Below, one piece after another: positions 59,129 through 64,000 of a stretch of 64,000 nt of DNA. This DNA is from an uncultured Acidobacteriota bacterium (GTDB lineage Bacteria; Acidobacteriota; Vicinamibacteria; Vicinamibacterales; 2-12-FULL-66-21): assembly GCA_963755695.1 (NCBI GenBank), contig CAVWLB010000009.1, forward strand, positions 206,004 to 270,003, read 5' to 3'. A program made the translations under genes and the position numbers. The number at the start of each line of letters is the position of its first letter. Position 1 is the stretch's first letter. Under the pieces are notes generated by a model. That model had not been told where the DNA came from and made no database searches. It was given only the letters and a program-made list of their open reading frames with translations.

Positions 59129-60382
59129 ATGAACGCTCGCTTGTTCTGGCCGCTGGCTATGGTTCTCTCGGCGATGCTCACTCTCGCGGTTCGAGCTCAG
59201 GGCCAGGCCCCCGCGCCGCAGGGCCGCGGGGGCAATGTGACGCTGCCCGACGGCGCCGGAAAGGCAGCGGTCGAGACGTACTGCTCGGGCTGTCATCAGC
59301 TCGGAAACATCGTGAATTCCGGCGGTTACACTCGTGAGGGCTGGCAGGAGTTGATCGCGACGATGATCGCGCTACCGAAAGAACAGCGCGAGGTCGTCGT
59401 CGATTACCTTGTCACGAACTTCCCGGAGCAGCCGAGGCCCAAGCCCGTGCTGCTTCCAGGCAGCAGCAAAGTCACCTTCAAGGAGTGGAACCTGCCAACC
59501 CTCGGCTCGCGCCCGCACGATCCGCTCGCGACACCGGACGGGTCGATCTGGTACACAGGGATGTTCGCGAACGTGCTCGGCAGAGTCAATCCGCGAACCG
59601 GCGAGATCAAGGAGTACCCTCTCAAGACGCCGCAATCGGGTCCGCATGGATTGACGTTCGACAAGGACGGCAGGATCTGGTTCACCGCGAACTCGAAGGG
59701 CTACATCGGCAGGCTCGACCCGGCAACCGGAGACATCACGGAGTACAAGCTTCCCGAAGCCGCGCGCGATCCGCACACGCCGCTGTTCGATTCGAGCGGC
59801 ATCCTGTGGTTCAGTGTCCAGGGCGGCAACATGGCCGGACGGCTGGATCCGAAGACCGGCGACGTCAAGGTCGTCACCTATCCTCGATCCCGGTCGAACC
59901 CGTATGGCGTCGTCTTCACCTCGAAGGGAGCGCCCATCATCTGCGAGTTCGGCGCGAACAGAATCTCGCAAATCGATCCGGCGACCATGACGATCAAGGA
60001 GTGGACGCTGCCGAATACGGACTCTCGTCCGCGCCGTATTGCAATCACCAGCGACGATGCGGTGTGGTATAGCGACTATTCGAGGGGATACCTGGGACGG
60101 CTCGATACGCACACCGGCGAAGTCAAGGAATGGCCGTCGCCAGGCGGGCCGAAGTCACAGCCTTACGGCATCGCCGCGCTCCACGACGTGATCTGGTACA
60201 GCGAGTCGGCGGTGCGACCGAACACACTGGTCAGGTTCGATCCGAAGACCGAGAAGTTTCAGACCTGGATCATTCCCGGAGGCGGCGGCATCGTCCGCAA
60301 CATGATGACGACGCGCGACGACAACCTGGTCATCGCCGAGAGCGGTGTGAACAAGGTCGGCCTGGTCGAAATCGCGAAGTAG
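59129..60382 (+). CDS. Monoheme cytochrome c fused to a virginiamycin B lyase (Vgb)-like beta-propeller
   Basis: LPDGAGK...CSGCH; repeated P.G....DG.IWF/Y..G.LGRLDP.TG..KEY blades. Confidence 0.85.
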   Translation: MNARLFWPLAMVLSAMLTLAVRAQGQAPAPQGRGGNVTLPDGAGKAAVETYCSGCHQLGNIVNSGGYTREGWQELIATMIALPKEQREVVVDYLVTNFPEQPRPKPVLLPGSSKVTFKEWNLPTLGSRPHDPLATPDGSIWYTGMFANVLGRVNPRTGEIKEYPLKTPQSGPHGLTFDKDGRIWFTANSKGYIGRLDPATGDITEYKLPEAARDPHTPLFDSSGILWFSVQGGNMAGRLDPKTGDVKVVTYPRSRSNPYGVVFTSKGAPIICEFGANRISQIDPATMTIKEWTLPNTDSRPRRIAITSDDAVWYSDYSRGYLGRLDTHTGEVKEWPSPGGPKSQPYGIAALHDVIWYSESAVRPNTLVRFDPKTEKFQTWIIPGGGGIVRNMMTTRDDNLVIAESGVNKVGLVEIAK

Positions 60383-60394
60383 CGGAGGACTCGA

Positions 60395-61594
60395 ATGGCG
60401 CGGACACGAGTTGCAGTGCTGGTGGGAATCTTCCTTGCTGTTGCCGTCAACGCTCCGGCGCAGGCGCCACGCGGCGCACCGGTGACCTCGCCGGAGGTCA
60501 AGGCGGATCGCACGATAACGCTCCGGCTCCGCGCGCCGGATGCGAAGCAGGTTACTGCGGCCGGAGAACTGGATGGCAAGCCGCACCCGATGACCAAGGA
60601 AGCGGAAGGAGTCTGGACGGTGACGATTGGTCCACTTGCGCCCGACATCTACACCTACGCCTTCAACGTGGATGGCGTCACGGCGCTGGACCCGCGCAAT
60701 CCAAATACGAAGTACGGTTATGGCAATTTCGGGCCGGTCAGCGTGGTGCAGGTCCCCGGTGATGGACCGCAGTTCTACGACGTCAAGCCGGTGCCTCACG
60801 GCGAAGTGCGAATCGTGCCGTACGTCTCGAAGTCTCTGGGTGTGAGTAGGACCGTGTGGGTCTACACGCCGCCGGAATACGAACGAGGAAAGGATTTTCC
60901 CGTCCTCTACCTCCTTCACGGCGCGGGCGACATCGAGTCGGGCTGGACGATGATCGGCCGCGCGAACAACATCCTCGACAACGCGATCGCGGAGAAGAGA
61001 GCACGGCCGATGGTCGTGGTGATGCCGCTCGGCCACACGATTCAGAGCTTCTGGGCGGGACCCGCCAAGAGCGTCGCGGATCCGGTGACGGCATCGATGG
61101 GCCGGGGATCGTCGCTCGACGACATCATCGCGTCGATGATGTCGGGCGACGGCAAGGGAGGCCTTTCTCCGTTCGCGCGCGACCTCGTCGAGGACGTCAT
61201 GCCGATGGTCGAACGCACCTACAAGGTTTCGCGCCGCGCCGACGATCGCGCGATTGCCGGCTTGTCCATGGGCGGAGGTCAGAGCGTCAATGTCGCCTTC
61301 TCGAAACCGGAGTTGTTTCGGTACGTCGTGCTGATGAGTCCCGCCGCAAACGGACGCGTCGATCAGTTCTACGCCGATGTCCTGAAGAATCCAGAGGCGA
61401 TCAACAAGCAGTTGAAGCTGTTCTGGATTGGAGTCGGAAAAGATGACACGCTCACCGGACCGGGCGACCGAGCGTTCGTCCAGGCACTCGACAAGTACGG
61501 TGTAAAACACACGTTCGTGGAGTCCGAAGGACGCCACGAGTGGACGGTCTGGCGTCATTACTTGAACACGGTCGCACCCCTGCTCTTCAACTAA
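60395..61594 (+). CDS. Secreted esterase with N-terminal E-set/CBM48-like domain (CE1-like)
   Basis: SPEV; GVWTVT; VYTPP; PVLYLLHG; AGLSMGG; HEWTVWR. Confidence 0.88.
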   Translation: MARTRVAVLVGIFLAVAVNAPAQAPRGAPVTSPEVKADRTITLRLRAPDAKQVTAAGELDGKPHPMTKEAEGVWTVTIGPLAPDIYTYAFNVDGVTALDPRNPNTKYGYGNFGPVSVVQVPGDGPQFYDVKPVPHGEVRIVPYVSKSLGVSRTVWVYTPPEYERGKDFPVLYLLHGAGDIESGWTMIGRANNILDNAIAEKRARPMVVVMPLGHTIQSFWAGPAKSVADPVTASMGRGSSLDDIIASMMSGDGKGGLSPFARDLVEDVMPMVERTYKVSRRADDRAIAGLSMGGGQSVNVAFSKPELFRYVVLMSPAANGRVDQFYADVLKNPEAINKQLKLFWIGVGKDDTLTGPGDRAFVQALDKYGVKHTFVESEGRHEWTVWRHYLNTVAPLLFN

Positions 61595-61795
61595 GGTCTT
61601 GGAATCCACTCTCTCAGATAGCCTTGCCTCGTATATCGGTCGGTAGATGGCTCCTCGAAAAGTCACTCAATGACCGCTGTCGCAGCGACGGTTGGGTCCG
61701 TTCTTCACAAATCTGCTTGCCAATCGCGCACGGTTAGGAGCAGACTGTCGCGTTTCAGCTGAACAGTTTTCGTCAATCAGAGAGGAGCGCACGTC

Positions 61796-62260
61796 GTGAC
61801 CTTCAAACGTTTGCTGAGCGTCGCAGTTCTCTTTGGCCTGGCCTGCGCAACGGCGCTGGCGCAGGCGCCCGATCCGTTGGTGGGTACATGGAAGCTGAAC
61901 CCGGAGAAATCCAAGGGGACCTACAAGAGCGGGACGAGCGTGTTCGAGGCGGCGGGCGACGGCATCAAGGGCACGATCGATCTGGCCGCCGCGGACGGTA
62001 CCGCCTACCACTGGACGTTCACGGCAAAGTACGACGGCAAGGACAGCCCGGTCACTGGCGACAACCCGTTCGGTGACACGATCGCGGTAACCCGGGTGAA
62101 TCCGAACACGGTGAAGATCTCCGCCAAGAAGGACGGCAAGGAGACCGTCACCCAAACGATCGTCGTGGCGGCCGACGGAAAGACCCGGACAACGACCACC
62201 AAAGGCAAGGATTCGAAGGGCAAGCCGGTCGACGGCATGTCGTTCTACGAGAAGCAGTAG
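61796..62260 (+). CDS. Hypothetical secreted beta-rich protein
   Basis: Signal peptide; DPLVGTWKLNPEKSK; AKYDGKD; DGKTRT; YEKQ. Confidence 0.75.
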   Translation: MTFKRLLSVAVLFGLACATALAQAPDPLVGTWKLNPEKSKGTYKSGTSVFEAAGDGIKGTIDLAAADGTAYHWTFTAKYDGKDSPVTGDNPFGDTIAVTRVNPNTVKISAKKDGKETVTQTIVVAADGKTRTTTTKGKDSKGKPVDGMSFYEKQ

Positions 62261-62283
62261 CCAGTCTGCCGCGGCACTCACAT

Positions 62284-62323
62284 GCAGGCGCTCCCGCTTC
62301 GCGGAAGCGCCTGCTTTCTATTC
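62284..62323 (+). terminator. Intrinsic terminator
   Basis: GCAGGCGCT-CCCGC-TTC-GCGGA-AGCGCCTGC stem followed by TTTCTATTC. Confidence 0.7.
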
Positions 62324-62404
62324 TTCACCTCATTCAACGACAGTTCACGACGCACGATCGGTTGGCGACCGAACTGAGTAGGCCCACCGCCACGATGGTG
62401 CAGG

Positions 62405-63208
62405 CTACGAGCCCGAGTGCGGGAACTGCCGACTGTCGAAGAAGAGGAAGAAGTTCGATGGAATATCCGCGGACGCCTGGCCGTTGGCCTGCGCGGCGCG
62501 CAACGCCTCGACCGATGTCAGCCCGCGCGTGCCGACAACATCCGGCCAGATCGTCGGGTCGGTCACGAGCACCACGATGACCTGCCACCAGATGGCGCCG
62601 AAGTTTCCCCCGTCAATGATGTGACTGTGATTCGGTGTGGGCACCCGTACCGCCGTTCCGGCTGGAACCGCTCCAAGCTGGCCGAGCACCGGACCTAGAT
62701 CGAGCGTCGATGGGTGCATCGTACAGGTCCCGAACTCCCCCTTGTGCTTCGTCAGCGGAAGCCCGGGTTCAGGACACTGGACCGGCACACCGGGCGTCGG
62801 ATCGAACGCGTCCGGGACAAATCCGAACAAGCTCCTGAGCGCCGTCCCGAGCTCGGGGCTCGCTGCCTCACCGTCACCATCGGCGTCGAAGAATGGCACG
62901 ATGACGAACAGTGGCTCGGTGTTCGAGATCGGCTTCCCGGTCGGGTCGATTCGTGGGGACCTGCCGACGACACAGCGCGGCGACTGGAACTCGTTCGGAT
63001 CGATCGCGGCCGCCCGCCCGTTGTTGTCGAGGTCGTCGAACGGCTGGTGCACGCACTGGAAGTTCATGAAATACGTGAACGCCAGCAGGCGTTCGTCCCC
63101 ATAGGCATCGGTCTGATTGACGTTGATAGGACGCGATGGCGTTTGCGCCGCCACGGTTGAGGCGGTAAACGCCGCCATCAGGAGTAGCACCGGAAAAGTT
63201 GTTCGCAT
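62405..63208 (-). CDS. Hypothetical secreted protein
   Basis: Signal peptide (VAA-Q); GAAGGAAG RBS; four Cys; DLDNNG and DADGDG; HSH. Confidence 0.75.
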   Translation of the reverse strand: MRTTFPVLLLMAAFTASTVAAQTPSRPINVNQTDAYGDERLLAFTYFMNFQCVHQPFDDLDNNGRAAAIDPNEFQSPRCVVGRSPRIDPTGKPISNTEPLFVIVPFFDADGDGEAASPELGTALRSLFGFVPDAFDPTPGVPVQCPEPGLPLTKHKGEFGTCTMHPSTLDLGPVLGQLGAVPAGTAVRVPTPNHSHIIDGGNFGAIWWQVIVVLVTDPTIWPDVVGTRGLTSVEALRAAQANGQASADIPSNFFLFFDSRQFPHSGS

Positions 63209-63462
63209 GAGTGCACTTCCTTCACGGCCTGGAACCCACGTCGATGAGTCGCGTGGATCGAGCCCGCATCACACTCTACGCGGCTGATTGCCATCTGGAT
63301 TTCGATTCGAAATTTGCCTGCGGAGTCCAATATTGATGGGGAGGGCCCGCGCGGGTTCAGGGGCTGAGCGCCGTTGCGCGGCACAGGGTGCTCTCCCGCC
63401 GGGGCGGAGCGAGGGCCCGACGTAGCGACGAGGCCGCAAAGCCGCAGGTTATCGGCTCTTCT

Positions 63463-64000
63463 TCACGCAGTGCCTGGTGTGAACCGCCGCCGAAGTAGAC
63501 CGCTGAACTCTTCGACGTCGGTAAACAGGGCATCCCCGAGATATTCCAGCGCAGCGATCGTCCGCTCGCCGGCCTCGCGGTGCCCCGCACCACAGGCATC
63601 GCGGACGACGATCGGGATGTAGCCCAGATCCGCCCCATGTCGTACCGACGGCTCGATCCCGATTTCGGTCGCGACCCCCACGATCGCAAAGGCATTCACG
63701 CCGCAGTCGCGCAGAGCGATATTCAGCGGCGTACCCTCGAAAGCCGACATCGTGATCTTGTCGAAGACTGCTTCGGACGGTTGCGGTGCCATCTCAGGCA
63801 CCAGCTGGAATCCCGGAGAGTCCCGCAGGAACCATGGCTGCACCTGCTCGACGCGATCGGCTCGCTGCCAGGCCATGGCCATGCGCCATTGGGAGACGCC
63901 CATCAGCTCCTTGGGTAACGACAGATGGCGCGTGAAGCACACGCGTACGCCCGCCACTCGTGCCGCGCCGAGTACCTTGGCGACATTCGCGGTGATCTCG
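63463..64000 (-). CDS. Isochorismatase/cysteine-hydrolase family protein, 5' end outside the window
   Basis: VCFTRH; FDKITMSAFEGT.L; GVATEIGIE; DLGY..VVRDAC. Confidence 0.85.
   Translation of the reverse strand, partial: EITANVAKVLGAARVAGVRVCFTRHLSLPKELMGVSQWRMAMAWQRADRVEQVQPWFLRDSPGFQLVPEMAPQPSEAVFDKITMSAFEGTPLNIALRDCGVNAFAIVGVATEIGIEPSVRHGADLGYIPIVVRDACGAGHREAGERTIAALEYLGDALFTDVEEFSGLLRRRFTPGTA

Noticed and set aside
63355-63456. GC-rich structured spacer starting GATAAC on the minus strand, reminiscent of an integron attC site
   Set aside because: No matching GTTRRRY end, no second copy and no integrase seen
1-64000. CRISPR arrays, rRNA/tRNA, transposases, integrases, prophage or defence genes
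   Set aside because: No regularly spaced repeats or characteristic motifs recognised by eye; a covariance-model or HMM search could still find small RNAs

Overview
GC-rich bacterial window whose gene families point to Acidobacteriota, probably Vicinamibacteria (inference: three ADOP-type duplicated orphan permeases, a DUF6152-like protein, an 'SWKEIA..YL..VRTVQRWE' HTH domain, a cytochrome c-Vgb fusion). The main feature is a roughly 39-kb cell-surface locus (about 16.0-55.1 kb). It has (i) a Wza/PCP/ExeA-ATPase/BY-kinase-like/CapD/Wzx/Wzy exopolysaccharide cluster interrupted by an oppositely oriented secreted glycosidase-like gene, (ii) an exosortase-EpsI gene preceded by a near cargo-less PEP-CTERM peptide, with a second PEP-CTERM protein nearby, and (iii) a second sugar-tailoring operon. 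Both glycan clusters carry a DegT aminotransferase, a GNAT/FemAB-like protein and a PhyH-family dioxygenase. Sigma54-like GG-N10-GC motifs precede up to eight envelope genes. The flanks hold transporters, porins, secreted proteins, purU and small regulators. About nine single-base frameshifts are visible and are most likely long-read errors. No rRNA, tRNA, CRISPR array, integrase or transposase was recognised. All family calls are from recognising motifs by eye, not from database searches.
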